Part shown: one piece after another, positions 28,193 through 38,244 of the stretch
Layout: each line of letters opens with the position of its first letter
Numbering within the stretch: the stretch's first letter is position 1
Assembly: GCA_900318075.1 (NCBI GenBank)
Contig: ONJI01000020.1
Coordinates: 5,336 to 69,335, forward strand
Direction of reading: 5' to 3'
Length of the DNA: 64,000 bases
Source of the DNA: an uncultured Bacillota bacterium
GTDB lineage: Bacteria > Bacillota_I > Bacilli_A > RF39 > UBA660
Translations under genes and position numbers: made by a program
Notes under the pieces: generated by a model
Told to the model about the DNA's origin: nothing
Database searches by the model: none
The model's input: only the letters and a program-made list of their open reading frames with translations

Positions 28193-30322
28193 TTACTTGA
28201 AAATTTCAAAGTATTTTTTGGAAACTCTATCAGCTAATCGCTTATTTATCGCTGATTGGTGCTTTATTCGACCATTATTGTGTGATATATCTGGCGAAAT
28301 TATGGTGAATGTCACTCTTGGGTCATCGTAAGGAGCGTACGCAGCGAAGGTTGTTGAAATCGTTTCGGTATCGACTACACCATCATTGTCAGTATCGACA
28401 AAGCTTTGGCTAGTTCCCGTTTTACCAGCAGCATTATACATAGGGTCGATATATCCTTTTCCGGTTCCATAGTCAATAACAGCTTTAAAACCTTCTCTAA
28501 TGCGCTGCATATATTCAGGTTTAGTGTTTACAGTATTCAACTCTTTTTCATTAGTATCCTCTTGCTTACTGTATAAATTTTTAAATAGATGCAGTTTCAT
28601 TCTCTTACCACTAGTTGCAATGGTACCAATGTATTGTGACAGCTCAAGTGGTGTATAGTTATCATACTGGCCAATTGAGAAATCAAGCAAGTGTCCTGGT
28701 GCAGTATCAGTTCCTTTATAACCAGTACTTTCTTTTGGCAGATCTATCTCTGTTTTTATGCCCAAGCCAAATTCTTTAAAAGTATCTCTATATATATTAA
28801 AGGCTTCTTTATCTATGACGAGAGGTTTATTATATTTGTAATTGCCTTTACCAACTTTTATGGCAGTGTAGTATTGATATGTATTTGAAGAATAGGCAAT
28901 CGCTGTAATGTCATTTAGCTTTCCTAAACTTTTCCACGAACATTTCTCAGGCGTGGCAGCTATTTTGACACAGTTATCATATCTCACTTCTCCTATTTTT
29001 AAGGCACCAGTATTATATCCAACAGTTTGTGACGCTCCTTTCACAACTGAACCTGCAACTACTGGTGAAGTTAGTACTCCAGGGGTATAATCAACTACTT
29101 TTAACTCGCCATTTTCTTCTTTTACTTGCTTCCCTGCCATAGCCAATATTTCGCCGGTTTTAGGGTTTGTAATGATGACAAATGATCTATTATAGTATTC
29201 AGTATTAGCTTCTCCTTTGGCATTTAAGACTTCTTCTTTGAGGATTTGTTCAACTTCTTTTTGCAGTTCAATATCTATGGAAATGGTTATGTCATTTCCT
29301 CTTTTTCCTTCTTTAATTAGCTTATAAGAACCGTCGTTTTCAACTTCATATTTGTTTTTCTTACCCTTTAGAATATCTTCATATTGATACTCTAAATAGC
29401 TTATTCCTACTCTGTCATCTAAGCTATATCCTTTATCTAAATAATAGTCTTTTAATTCTAATGGTATACCACTTTTACTACTTGAAACAGTTCCAAGCAG
29501 GCTTTTGAAAACCTCGCCATAAGGATATGATCTTTCCCAATCTAGTTTAGTATTTATTCCTTTTAATGTGCTTAAATTTTCTGACACTAAAGCATATTCT
29601 TCATCACTTACATCTTTATTTTTTATTACTTTTTCAGCATATGAATAACCTGTATTCATGAGAGTATATATGTAAGCTGCTTTTTTGTCTTTTTCATCAT
29701 ATACTTTAAGATCTTCATCGGTAGTTCTTTCAATTTTAAGTTTATAAATATCGTCACTTGTAAGTTTTCTTTCGTCTAGTTTTTTCCATTCTTCTTTAGT
29801 AATTTTTTCGTTAGCTTTGTCTTTATTGTTTTCAATCCAAAAAGCTTTAAAATCATAGTCGTTTATCTTACTTTCTAAATCGATCATATCAGCTAGTTTA
29901 TAAGCTACATCGATTTCTTCTTTAGTAGTTACTTTTGATGGCTTTTTATAATATATGACTTTTGATGGTGTGTTATCAACAATGAGTTTTCCATTTCTAT
30001 CATATATTCTTCCTCTAGGTGCAGATTCGCCATACACTATTTTTTTTGTAAGTATCTTTAACTCCTTTTTATATTTTTCGTTTTGAATTACTTGAATGAC
30101 GAACAAGGTAATTAAAAGTATTAGTAAGCATAATATAACGACGACGGTCAAAATATTGTAACGTTTTTCAATCTCAACTCTAATGTCTTTATTTTGTCTA
30201 TATGTACTATAATTATAAGAGAGTCTTTTTTTATTCAGTTTTAGTGATGGCTTTTTCTTATATTTCTTTTTACGCTTTTTAGGTGTATATATGCTTTTTT
30301 TACGTTTGAAAATTTTTATCAT
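28193..30322 (-). CDS. Class B penicillin-binding protein (PBP2/FtsI-like transpeptidase)
   Basis: 709 aa. N-terminal basic tail plus TM, a PRGRIYDRNGKLIVDN dimerisation domain, SSN (YSSNTYQ) and KTG (AGKTGTSQ) motifs. Confidence 0.85.
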   Translation of the reverse strand: MIKIFKRKKSIYTPKKRKKKYKKKPSLKLNKKRLSYNYSTYRQNKDIRVEIEKRYNILTVVVILCLLILLITLFVIQVIQNEKYKKELKILTKKIVYGESAPRGRIYDRNGKLIVDNTPSKVIYYKKPSKVTTKEEIDVAYKLADMIDLESKINDYDFKAFWIENNKDKANEKITKEEWKKLDERKLTSDDIYKLKIERTTDEDLKVYDEKDKKAAYIYTLMNTGYSYAEKVIKNKDVSDEEYALVSENLSTLKGINTKLDWERSYPYGEVFKSLLGTVSSSKSGIPLELKDYYLDKGYSLDDRVGISYLEYQYEDILKGKKNKYEVENDGSYKLIKEGKRGNDITISIDIELQKEVEQILKEEVLNAKGEANTEYYNRSFVIITNPKTGEILAMAGKQVKEENGELKVVDYTPGVLTSPVVAGSVVKGASQTVGYNTGALKIGEVRYDNCVKIAATPEKCSWKSLGKLNDITAIAYSSNTYQYYTAIKVGKGNYKYNKPLVIDKEAFNIYRDTFKEFGLGIKTEIDLPKESTGYKGTDTAPGHLLDFSIGQYDNYTPLELSQYIGTIATSGKRMKLHLFKNLYSKQEDTNEKELNTVNTKPEYMQRIREGFKAVIDYGTGKGYIDPMYNAAGKTGTSQSFVDTDNDGVVDTETISTTFAAYAPYDDPRVTFTIISPDISHNNGRIKHQSAINKRLADRVSKKYFEIFK

Positions 30323-30376
30323 ACTTTTATCACCTCTATTTTCTTTTGTTCATATAATTTTATATAAGGAGGAATT

Positions 30377-30637
30377 ATGAAATTTATCATTAAAGAATAT
30401 ATTGACAAAATTACTACTCAGGATATATTAAGGTTTGGCTTAGAAAATGGCGTTTCTTTGGAAAAGGAAGATGCAGATATTTTATATTTCTATTTAAAAA
30501 ATAATTGGGAGGATCTTTTGTATGGAAGTCCTTTACCAATTATTAGTAAAATAGAAGATAAACTTGGTAAAACTAAATGCAAGATCATAAGTGATTTGTT
30601 CTATATGTATAAAGAAAAATATAAAGATTATCTGTAA
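30377..30637 (+). CDS. Small hypothetical protein, possibly YqfT/DUF2624-like
   Basis: 86 aa. Adjacent and convergent to nfo, as yqfT is to nfo (yqfS) in Bacillus. The assignment rests on synteny only. Confidence 0.3.
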   Translation: MKFIIKEYIDKITTQDILRFGLENGVSLEKEDADILYFYLKNNWEDLLYGSPLPIISKIEDKLGKTKCKIISDLFYMYKEKYKDYL

Positions 30638-31536
30638 TAATTTCTTATCTTTTCTAAAAAGTCTTCATCATATTTTTTATTTCTAATCATTTCAATTTCA
30701 AATTTATATGGTGGATAAGTGCGATCTTTACCACCATCTATACTTATATATGGAGTTTCTAATATTTTAGGAACTTCTTTTAATCTTTCGTCATAAATTA
30801 TATTTATCAGATTATCAAAACCGATAGTTCCTATTCCAATGTTTTCGTGGCGATCTTTATGTGCGCCTATTTCATTTTTACTGTCATTAATGTGGATACA
30901 TCCAATCTTCTCTATGCCTATTACTTTATCAAATTCATCTAATAATTTGTCAAAGTTAGTTACATCATAGCCGGCATCATTAAGGTGACATGAATCTAAA
31001 CATACCATTAGTCTTTGATTATTTTTAACCTTTTTGATTATAGTTTTTAACTCTTCAAATGTCTTTCCAAGCTCTGTTCCTTTTCCGGCCATAGTCTCTA
31101 AGCAAATTATAGGGCCTTTTTCTTCATCTAAAACTAAGTCTAGTCCTTTGGAAATATTATTTAGGCCTTTTTCTTCTCCTAAACCAACGTGACTTCCTGG
31201 ATGGAGAACTATTTTATCTATTCCGAGCTCTTTAGCCCTTTGAATTTCTTGCTTTAAAAAGTTTATGGCAAAATTAAATTTATCTTCTTTGCCGTTTGCT
31301 AAATTGATTATATAAGGGGCATGAATAATAACATCTTTTATATCTATTTTCTCTTTTTCCATGAGTTCTTTAGCTTCTTTAGTTTTAACTTTATCTATTG
31401 GAGCTCTAAAGGTATTTTGAGGAGCTCCAGTATAAAACATAAATGTGTTTTCACCATAGCTTATTGCCTCTTTGACGCTGCCTAGCAATCCTTCATCTTT
31501 GGTATAAGAAACATGGCTTCCTATTATTAATTTCAT
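30628..31536 (-). CDS. nfo: Endonuclease IV
   Basis: 302 aa. HAPYIINLA, LVLHPGSH and CLDSCHLNDAGYD match the Nfo metal-binding motifs. Confidence 0.9.
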   Translation of the reverse strand: MKLIIGSHVSYTKDEGLLGSVKEAISYGENTFMFYTGAPQNTFRAPIDKVKTKEAKELMEKEKIDIKDVIIHAPYIINLANGKEDKFNFAINFLKQEIQRAKELGIDKIVLHPGSHVGLGEEKGLNNISKGLDLVLDEEKGPIICLETMAGKGTELGKTFEELKTIIKKVKNNQRLMVCLDSCHLNDAGYDVTNFDKLLDEFDKVIGIEKIGCIHINDSKNEIGAHKDRHENIGIGTIGFDNLINIIYDERLKEVPKILETPYISIDGGKDRTYPPYKFEIEMIRNKKYDEDFLEKIRNYYR

Positions 31537-31570
31537 AATATCACCTAAAAATATAATACCACATTTTATG

Positions 31571-31903
31571 TTATTCTCCCACTAATTTCGACAAAACTTT
31601 GAAACTTTTATCAATAATTTTTTGAATGCCTTTTTCTAGTATGTTGGAAAGGGACAACCCTGTTTTAGAAATATTATTTTGATAATTTTTATTGTTTATT
31701 TCAATATATTTTGTCAAATCAACATTTTTCCCACTATCTACGTCTTTTTCAAACTGTTTTATTTGTTCATTGGTAAGGGCTACTTTCTGGCTGTTTTTAT
31801 ATTCAAAATAACCTGTGCTTTGAGAGATATAGAGGGCAAAAAAGGTTATAAAACTTGTTAATATTATATATTTAAATATTTTATTTTGTCTTTCATGTTT
31901 CAT
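31571..31903 (-). CDS. Small membrane-anchored protein, possibly YqxA-like
   Basis: 110 aa. N-terminal TM. Lies immediately downstream of spoIIP, overlapping it by 11 nt, as yqxA does in B. subtilis. Confidence 0.3.
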   Translation of the reverse strand: MKHERQNKIFKYIILTSFITFFALYISQSTGYFEYKNSQKVALTNEQIKQFEKDVDSGKNVDLTKYIEINNKNYQNNISKTGLSLSNILEKGIQKIIDKSFKVLSKLVGE

Positions 31904-32864
31904 TTACATACTCTCCTATTATTGGGGCAATTAAATCGATGGTGTTTAAAACTTCATCAATTGTATTTTGATCAGAACCAATTTCCATTAATGTTATTTT
32001 AGGGTTTAAATCCTGATTATAAACGCCATTATTTCCTTTGCCACCTTTAGTAATGATACCTCTAGTTAAATTTGGATATTTTTCTTTTATTTTGTCATTT
32101 ATAGTGTTTGTCATTTTTAAGTTTTCTTCATAATTATCATATTCTTCGCCAATTACAAATAGTATTTTAGCGCATGATTTGCCGTTTATAATGGTTGTCG
32201 ATTTATCTTTAGGTACTGAGTCCCTGTGGATATCAATAATTAGTTTTAAATTTTTATTAGCATTTAGGGCTTCTTTTAAAAATTTTCGGCTAACGTTATA
32301 ACTTTTACTATATTTCATATTATTCAAATTTAAATAATCTGTTATGTTATCTTCCATTACTAGTGCTTTAACGTTATAATCAGCTAGTTTATTTTGAAAT
32401 ATATATGAAGCCATCATAACTCCTGGAATTATGTTATATCCTTCAAGGGCTTTTCCTTCATATGATTCACTTTGGTGAGTATTATATAAGTAGACTTCTG
32501 GTTCTTTATCTATTATCTTAGTTTCTAAATTAGGGTTACTAACATAGGCCATACTTGCTGACTTTTTGGTTTTATTTTCTTTTAAATGAAATATATTATC
32601 TAGTATGGTTACGGGCTCATTAACATTTAAAACTAGGGAAAATGCTTTTGTTAATAAGTTGCTGGCTTTTTTTTCATATAGCATATTGTAATTTGAATCA
32701 ATGAGTAAGGCTTTAATAAATGATTCATTATTATTTACTAGTTTAAAGTTCATTATTATATTGAATGATAGTTCGTATCCTAAAAACGCTATGAAAGCAT
32801 ATCCTATTAACCTATATTTAAATCTTCTTTTTTTCTTGAATTTTGCTTTTTTCACTTTTATCAC
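31893..32864 (-). CDS. spoIIP: Stage II sporulation protein P (SpoIIP family amidase)
   Basis: N-terminal TM. PEVYLYNTHQSESY matches the SpoIIP HTH.TE.Y motif. 323 aa. Position downstream of gpr. Confidence 0.75.
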   Translation of the reverse strand: MIKVKKAKFKKKRRFKYRLIGYAFIAFLGYELSFNIIMNFKLVNNNESFIKALLIDSNYNMLYEKKASNLLTKAFSLVLNVNEPVTILDNIFHLKENKTKKSASMAYVSNPNLETKIIDKEPEVYLYNTHQSESYEGKALEGYNIIPGVMMASYIFQNKLADYNVKALVMEDNITDYLNLNNMKYSKSYNVSRKFLKEALNANKNLKLIIDIHRDSVPKDKSTTIINGKSCAKILFVIGEEYDNYEENLKMTNTINDKIKEKYPNLTRGIITKGGKGNNGVYNQDLNPKITLMEIGSDQNTIDEVLNTIDLIAPIIGEYVNET

Positions 32865-32942
32865 CTTTTTTTACATTATATATTTTTGTTTTTAAAGAAA
32901 TTGTAGAAAAAGAAAAAGGAAAATTATATTTTCCTTTTTTGA

Positions 32943-33956
32943 TTAGATTTTTTTATGTAAGGTTTCATTTAAACCTTCACTAATTATTTCTGAAAGCTTT
33001 TCTATAACGAAATCTTCCTCTTTCGGAGTTACCATTAGATTATAACCTATTGGATTTAAAATTTCATATATGAGTGTTTTTGTTTCTTCTTCATTTAAAG
33101 AACCAACTATACCTAAAAGTTTTTCTCTATCTTCTAGATTTATTTTAGTTTTTTTACTATATTTTAAATAATTTACATTAAATGTAAGTTTGTTTTTAGG
33201 ATTATTGTAATTATCTTTTTGATATGCAAAATGGGAATACATGTAATTAATCGTATCATTTACAATTGAAGCGGCGTCAACTACAGTTGGAACTCCTATA
33301 GCAATAACGGGAATGCCTATTATATCTTTGCTGATTTCTTTTCGTTTGTTGCCGATTCCACTACCGGGGTTTATACCACTATCGGTTATTTGAATTGTTT
33401 TATTAACTCTTTCGACTGAAGAACTTGCTAGGGCGTCTATTATTATTATAAACTTTGGTTTTATGGTGTTTGTGATTTCTTTGATTAGGTTGCTTGTCTC
33501 TATTCCTGTTTCTCCTGTAACACCAGGCGCTATAGCGCACACTCTTCTAAAGCCGTTTTCTAGATTCCCATATAAATATAGATGATTAGTAACTAAAGTT
33601 TTTGAAATTACTTGCGGTCCAAGAGAATCTGGAGTTGATTTTTCGTTGCCTAGTCCGACAATTAAGCATAAGTCATCATCTGTTATATTTAAGTCTTTTA
33701 ACATTTTTTTAAGTTCTTTGATAAAAATGGTTTTAACTTTGGTTTTATTTTCATAATCTGTAATATCTGTAAATTCAATAGTGATATATGTTCCTTTCTT
33801 TTTTCCTATTTTTTTAGCTTCGTATTCTTCTAGTTTAATATTGGTAATTTTGATGCCATCTTCTTCTTTTGTATTTGGGTTTGATGTCAGTTCAATGGTC
33901 AAATCTGTTCTTACTCCACTATTTTTCATGTCTATCTCGTGGCTCAATTTTATCAC
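32943..33956 (-). CDS. gpr: Germination protease (GPR endopeptidase)
   Basis: 337 aa. IAPGVTGETGIETSNLIKE...IIIDALAS...ITDSGINPGSGIGNKR is the GPR catalytic core. Bidirectional terminator at 32903-32935. Confidence 0.9.
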   Translation of the reverse strand: MIKLSHEIDMKNSGVRTDLTIELTSNPNTKEEDGIKITNIKLEEYEAKKIGKKKGTYITIEFTDITDYENKTKVKTIFIKELKKMLKDLNITDDDLCLIVGLGNEKSTPDSLGPQVISKTLVTNHLYLYGNLENGFRRVCAIAPGVTGETGIETSNLIKEITNTIKPKFIIIIDALASSSVERVNKTIQITDSGINPGSGIGNKRKEISKDIIGIPVIAIGVPTVVDAASIVNDTINYMYSHFAYQKDNYNNPKNKLTFNVNYLKYSKKTKINLEDREKLLGIVGSLNEEETKTLIYEILNPIGYNLMVTPKEEDFVIEKLSEIISEGLNETLHKKI

Positions 33957-34051
33957 CTCTCTTTTATTTTTAACAAAAAATCAACTTTTTATTGCATTTT
34001 TATTGGAAATTTGCTAAAATGTATATACGAATGGGCTTTGGAGGTGAAATT

Positions 34052-34315
34052 ATGGCCAACTTAAAAAATGCTAAAAAAAGAATTTTAGTTAATGAAAAAA
34101 AAGAAATACGTAACAATAACTATTTAGCTAGCACAAAAACAGCTGTTAAGAATACTTTAAGAGCTATTGCTAAAAAAGATAAAAAAGAAGCTGAAGCTAA
34201 TTTAAAAATTGCCATTAAAAGAATTGATAAGGCTACAGGCGCTAATGTATTAAATAAAAATACATCTGCAAGGAAAAAGTCAAGATTAACTAAGAAAGTA
34301 AATGCGATGGAGTAA
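34052..34315 (+). CDS. rpsT: 30S ribosomal protein S20
   Basis: MANLKNAKKRILVNEKKEIRNNNYLASTKTAVK. RBS GGAGGTG 7 nt upstream of the ATG at 34052. The ORF track's earlier start at 33992 is not supported. Confidence 0.9.
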   Translation: MANLKNAKKRILVNEKKEIRNNNYLASTKTAVKNTLRAIAKKDKKEAEANLKIAIKRIDKATGANVLNKNTSARKKSRLTKKVNAME

Positions 34316-34342
34316 TTTACTTTTTTTATTAGGGGTGATAAG

Positions 34343-35272
34343 ATGAAGAAAAAAGATATTATTAGTACTATGGTTTTATGCTTTATCTTAATATTTGTGT
34401 ATACTTATAGAGAAAATATAGTTAAATTAGTAGTTCAAAAGGTCATGCATTATGAAGAACTTAATCTACCTTCTCCGAACGATTATAATGATGAATTTAG
34501 CTTTGAATTTGTAAAAAGAACTGATGATTTTCATGTTAAAAGTTATCAGGGTATGCTAGATGCTATATACACAATTTTGGACAATGGAACTTCAGAATTT
34601 TCTTTTTACTGTGATGAGGTTTATAGTAAGTGTATGGATGATTTTGAAACTGTTTCACACAATCAAACATTACTTTCTACTATAAACAATATGATATCAC
34701 CATATAATAGTTATGAAAAAATATATTTTAGATTTAATTCTTATGGAAAAATTACGGTAAGTGTCGATAAACTTTACTCTGATGAAGAAATAGAACTTAT
34801 AGAAAACAAAATAAATGATTTTATAGTTTCCAATATCAAGGATGACATGGATGTAAAAGAAAAAATTAGAGTTTTTCATGATTATCTTATAAATAACAGC
34901 GTCTATGACAAAGCAAGGGCTAGTGCAATCGAAAGTGGTAATGATACTTCTAATTCTAATTCGCATAAGGCAAATGGTCCATTAATTGAAGGCATATCTT
35001 TATGCAGTGGATACAGTGATGCGATGAAGATATTCTTAGATAAACTAAATGTTTCAAATTATAAAGTATCTAATACCAATCATATTTGGAATTTAGTAAA
35101 TATAAATGATTCTTGGTTACATTTAGATTTAACTTGGGATGATCCTGTTACTAATACTGGTGATAATATTTTGCTACATAAGTTTTTCTTAATAGATACT
35201 GATACTTTGCTGAAACTTGACCCTAATGGGCATAATTTTAACAAGAATTATTATCCAGAAATAAGCCATTAA
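34343..35272 (+). CDS. Transglutaminase-like cysteine peptidase superfamily protein
   Basis: N-terminal TM. LCSGYSDAMKIFLDKL (catalytic Cys), then HIWNLVNIND (His) and LDLTWDD (Asp) give a Cys-His-Asp triad. Confidence 0.7.
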   Translation: MKKKDIISTMVLCFILIFVYTYRENIVKLVVQKVMHYEELNLPSPNDYNDEFSFEFVKRTDDFHVKSYQGMLDAIYTILDNGTSEFSFYCDEVYSKCMDDFETVSHNQTLLSTINNMISPYNSYEKIYFRFNSYGKITVSVDKLYSDEEIELIENKINDFIVSNIKDDMDVKEKIRVFHDYLINNSVYDKARASAIESGNDTSNSNSHKANGPLIEGISLCSGYSDAMKIFLDKLNVSNYKVSNTNHIWNLVNINDSWLHLDLTWDDPVTNTGDNILLHKFFLIDTDTLLKLDPNGHNFNKNYYPEISH

Positions 35273-35293
35273 ATGGCTTTTTTTTATAATTAA

Positions 35294-35321
35294 AAACCAC
35301 TAGATTGTTTGTTCTAGTGGT
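35294..35321 (-). terminator. Rho-independent terminator of the histidine kinase gene (overlaps its 3' end)
   Basis: ACCACTAGA-ttgtttgt-TCTAGTGGT perfect 9-bp stem, followed on the minus strand by a T-run. Confidence 0.55.
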
Positions 35322-36523
35322 AGCGTGACTGTTACTATAGTGTATTTTCCTTCTTCGGATTCATAATTTAGCTTTCCGTTATGTGCGTTAATTATTTCAT
35401 TAGAAAGGGATACTCCTAATCCTGTGCCTTTTAATTTGGTCGTATAAAATGGTTCTTTTATTTTATTTAAATCTTTTTTTGATATTCCTTCCCCATTATC
35501 TTTAATATATATATTGATTTTTTCTTTATCTATTTTTGTCCAGGCTTTTATTTTTCCATTACTTTTTTTATCTAAAGCCTCCACACTATTTTTAAAAATA
35601 TTGATGAAAACCTGGGTTAATCTATTATAATCGCCGTTAATGTAAATTTCATCTTCTGGAATTTCGCATTCTAAATCAACATTATTTTTTACAAAAAGCA
35701 TATCCATATTGTTTGTCACTTCTTCTAGTAATAGACATATATCTAATATTTCTTTATTTATTTTTAATTTATTCATAGATAAAAAGTCTTCTAATAATAT
35801 TAAAGTTCTATCAATTTCTTCTTTTAAAATCGGCACATGTTTTTTAAAGTCATCTATTTTATTTTCATCATACATATCTAAATAACCTTTACAAACAGCA
35901 ATTGGGTTTTTTATCTCATGAGTTATTCTAAATAGTGATGTTTTAATTTGCTTATCATTTTCAATCTCTTTGATGCTTTTATGGAGTTTAAGCATATCTT
36001 TTGTTTTTCCCAATAAATATATAACAAAAATAGATAATGTGTAAAGTAAGATAGTACTACTTATAATTTCATAACTTATTTTTTGATTTATTATTGTCAT
36101 AAATACTGTTTTTATGGTGCAAAAAACGGCAATATAACTACTAGGTTTAGCAATTTTTAATGAAATCAGATAGTATATTATATATTCAATTATTATAATA
36201 AGAATTAAATAACTATTATAAATCTGATAGTAGTATAAAATAATAACTAATGTTGATAGTATTATTAATATTTTTGATCTTTTATTATATGAAATTAAAA
36301 GTGGTATATCTATGATGAATATAGGCATTTGCTTATACAAAGGATAACCGTATTTTATAGTAAAGTAAATTTGTGAAAAAACAGTAAGTATAAAAATCAA
36401 ATCGTTTTCTTTTTTGTTTAGGGTTGAATTATAAGCTACATAGAGTAAATATATTAATAATGGCATCACTATTATAGTCGTGTCTAATAAAACTAAATCG
36501 CATATTTTCATTTTTATCACCAT
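35300..36523 (-). CDS. Orphan sensor histidine kinase (multi-TM sensor, HisKA, HATPase_c)
   Basis: 407 aa. About 6 N-terminal TM helices, H-box FRITHEIKNPIAV, N-box NIFKNSVEA, G-boxes IKDNGEGIS and GTGLGVSLS. No response regulator adjacent. Confidence 0.8.
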   Translation of the reverse strand: MVIKMKICDLVLLDTTIIVMPLLIYLLYVAYNSTLNKKENDLIFILTVFSQIYFTIKYGYPLYKQMPIFIIDIPLLISYNKRSKILIILSTLVIILYYYQIYNSYLILIIIIEYIIYYLISLKIAKPSSYIAVFCTIKTVFMTIINQKISYEIISSTILLYTLSIFVIYLLGKTKDMLKLHKSIKEIENDKQIKTSLFRITHEIKNPIAVCKGYLDMYDENKIDDFKKHVPILKEEIDRTLILLEDFLSMNKLKINKEILDICLLLEEVTNNMDMLFVKNNVDLECEIPEDEIYINGDYNRLTQVFINIFKNSVEALDKKSNGKIKAWTKIDKEKINIYIKDNGEGISKKDLNKIKEPFYTTKLKGTGLGVSLSNEIINAHNGKLNYESEEGKYTIVTVTLPLEQTI

Positions 36524-36603
36524 TTTTATTGTAAATTATGGTGTATGTCGAATTTTGTCGAAAAAAATAAGAAAATGCCAAATTTACGCATTTTCTGTGA
36601 AAA

Positions 36604-36969
36604 TTAATTACATGGATCTGGCTTTAATGTATATTCATATTGATTATTTGACTCATCATAAATCATTTCTATAGTTATATCATCCATTGTTTGTCCAGTT
36701 TTAGGATTTTTTATTTCTTTACTATTTAAATATCCTTCTTCTTTAAGGCTTGTTAGAGATATATTTTGATTACTTTTACCTATAATAACTCCGTTATCGG
36801 CATTCCATCTTCTGGCAGCATCTAATATCATATCTTTTTGACGTTCGCAAGCTTTTTGTCTAGATGTGTTTATAACGCTAATAACAATAGGTGTCGTTAT
36901 AGTTGCAACTAGGCCTAAAATTAATATTACTGCGAGTAGTTCTATAAGTGTAAATCCCTTATTTTTCAT
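36604..36969 (-). CDS. Type IV prepilin (ComGC-like major pseudopilin)
   Basis: MKNKGFTLIELLAVILILGLVATI class III signal. 121 aa, with Cys pairs. Downstream hairpin plus T-run terminator at 36566-36591. Confidence 0.75.
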   Translation of the reverse strand: MKNKGFTLIELLAVILILGLVATITTPIVISVINTSRQKACERQKDMILDAARRWNADNGVIIGKSNQNISLTSLKEEGYLNSKEIKNPKTGQTMDDITIEMIYDESNNQYEYTLKPDPCN

Positions 36970-37127
36970 TATATCACCTATTTTAAATTATACTTTAGGC
37001 ATCATTTACTGTCAATAATCAAAAGTACTTTTCTCCAAAGACTTACATTTTTTTTATAAATGTAAATAAACATATTTGTGTTATTTTTTTTTGCATGTTA
37101 AAATATATACGAATTAGAGGTGAATTT

Positions 37128-38237
37128 ATGAAGAGTGTTGGAATTATTTGTGAATATAATCCTTTTCATAATGGACATTTATATCATATTAATAAAGTTA
37201 GAGAACTTTATCCTGATCATTTAATTATTTTGGTTTTAAGTGGCAATTTTACTCAAAGGGGTGAAGTTAGTTTAATAGATAAATGGAAAAAGACGGAAAT
37301 TGCTTTAAATTATGTCGATTTAGTAATTGAACTTCCATTTGTCTTTGCCAGTCAATCGGCTGATTTATTTGCGAAAGGTGCCATAGATATTTTGAAAGCT
37401 TTAAAAGTAGAAGCTATCATATTTGGTAGTGAAGATAATGATGTTAAAAATTTAAAGCGTTTAAAAGAGATAGCTAAAACTACTCAATATAACGATTTAG
37501 TAAAAAAATATTTAGATGATGGTCTTAACTACCCTACTAGTTTATCTAAAGCTTTAAATGATATTTGCGGCAAGGTTATCAATACTCCTAATGATTTACT
37601 GGCTTTTAGTTATATTAAAGAACTTGATGGAAGTGATATTAAACCTGTATCAATCAAAAGAACTAATGATTATTTAAGTAAGGATTTGACTAGTGAAATT
37701 GCTAGTGCGACTAGTATAAGAGAGGCTTTAAAAAATGGCACTGATATCAGTAAGTATGTACCTAGCATAAGTTATAAATATTTAAGTAATGTTAAATTTA
37801 TTGATGATTATTTTGATTTTATAAAATATAAAATAATAACTGATGATTTATCAAAGTATCAAACAGTAGATGAAGGGATTGAAAACAGGCTTAAAAAGGT
37901 TATTAATGATATTAGTAATGTAGAAGATCTTATTACTAAAGTTAAATCTAAAAGATACACTTATAATAGGATTAAAAGGATGCTTATACATATATTAACA
38001 GGCTTTACGAAAGAAGAAGCTAAAACTATTAAAACAAAGTATATAAGGGTATTAGGTTTTAATAAAAATGGGCAAAAATATTTAAATAGTATTAAGAAAG
38101 ATTGTGAATTACCAATTATTACTAACTTTGAAAAAAATAATGATTTACTTAATATTGAAGCTAGAGTAAGTAATATATATAATTTAATAAAAAAAGAAGA
38201 TGTTTTAAATGAACATGAGCATAAGCCTATTCATTAA
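37128..38237 (+). CDS. tmcAL: tRNA(Met) cytidine acetate ligase (TmcAL, UPF0348 nucleotidyltransferase)
   Basis: MKSVGIICEYNPFHNGHLYHINKVRE has the HxGH nucleotidyltransferase motif. The RBS-supported start is the ATG at 37128, not 37095. Confidence 0.8.
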   Translation: MKSVGIICEYNPFHNGHLYHINKVRELYPDHLIILVLSGNFTQRGEVSLIDKWKKTEIALNYVDLVIELPFVFASQSADLFAKGAIDILKALKVEAIIFGSEDNDVKNLKRLKEIAKTTQYNDLVKKYLDDGLNYPTSLSKALNDICGKVINTPNDLLAFSYIKELDGSDIKPVSIKRTNDYLSKDLTSEIASATSIREALKNGTDISKYVPSISYKYLSNVKFIDDYFDFIKYKIITDDLSKYQTVDEGIENRLKKVINDISNVEDLITKVKSKRYTYNRIKRMLIHILTGFTKEEAKTIKTKYIRVLGFNKNGQKYLNSIKKDCELPIITNFEKNNDLLNIEARVSNIYNLIKKEDVLNEHEHKPIH

Positions 38238-38244
38238 CATCTTT

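Noticed and set aside
33992-34051. N-terminal extension of rpsT proposed by the ORF track (MHFYWKFAKMYIRMGFGGEI...)
   Set aside because: S20 begins at MANLKNAKK with GGAGGTG placed ideally upstream of 34052. The extension lacks an RBS and has no homology.
37095-37127. Earlier start for tmcAL (MLKYIRIRGEF)
   Set aside because: The RBS AGAGGTG sits directly before the ATG at 37128, and the conserved family N-terminus starts at MKSVGII.
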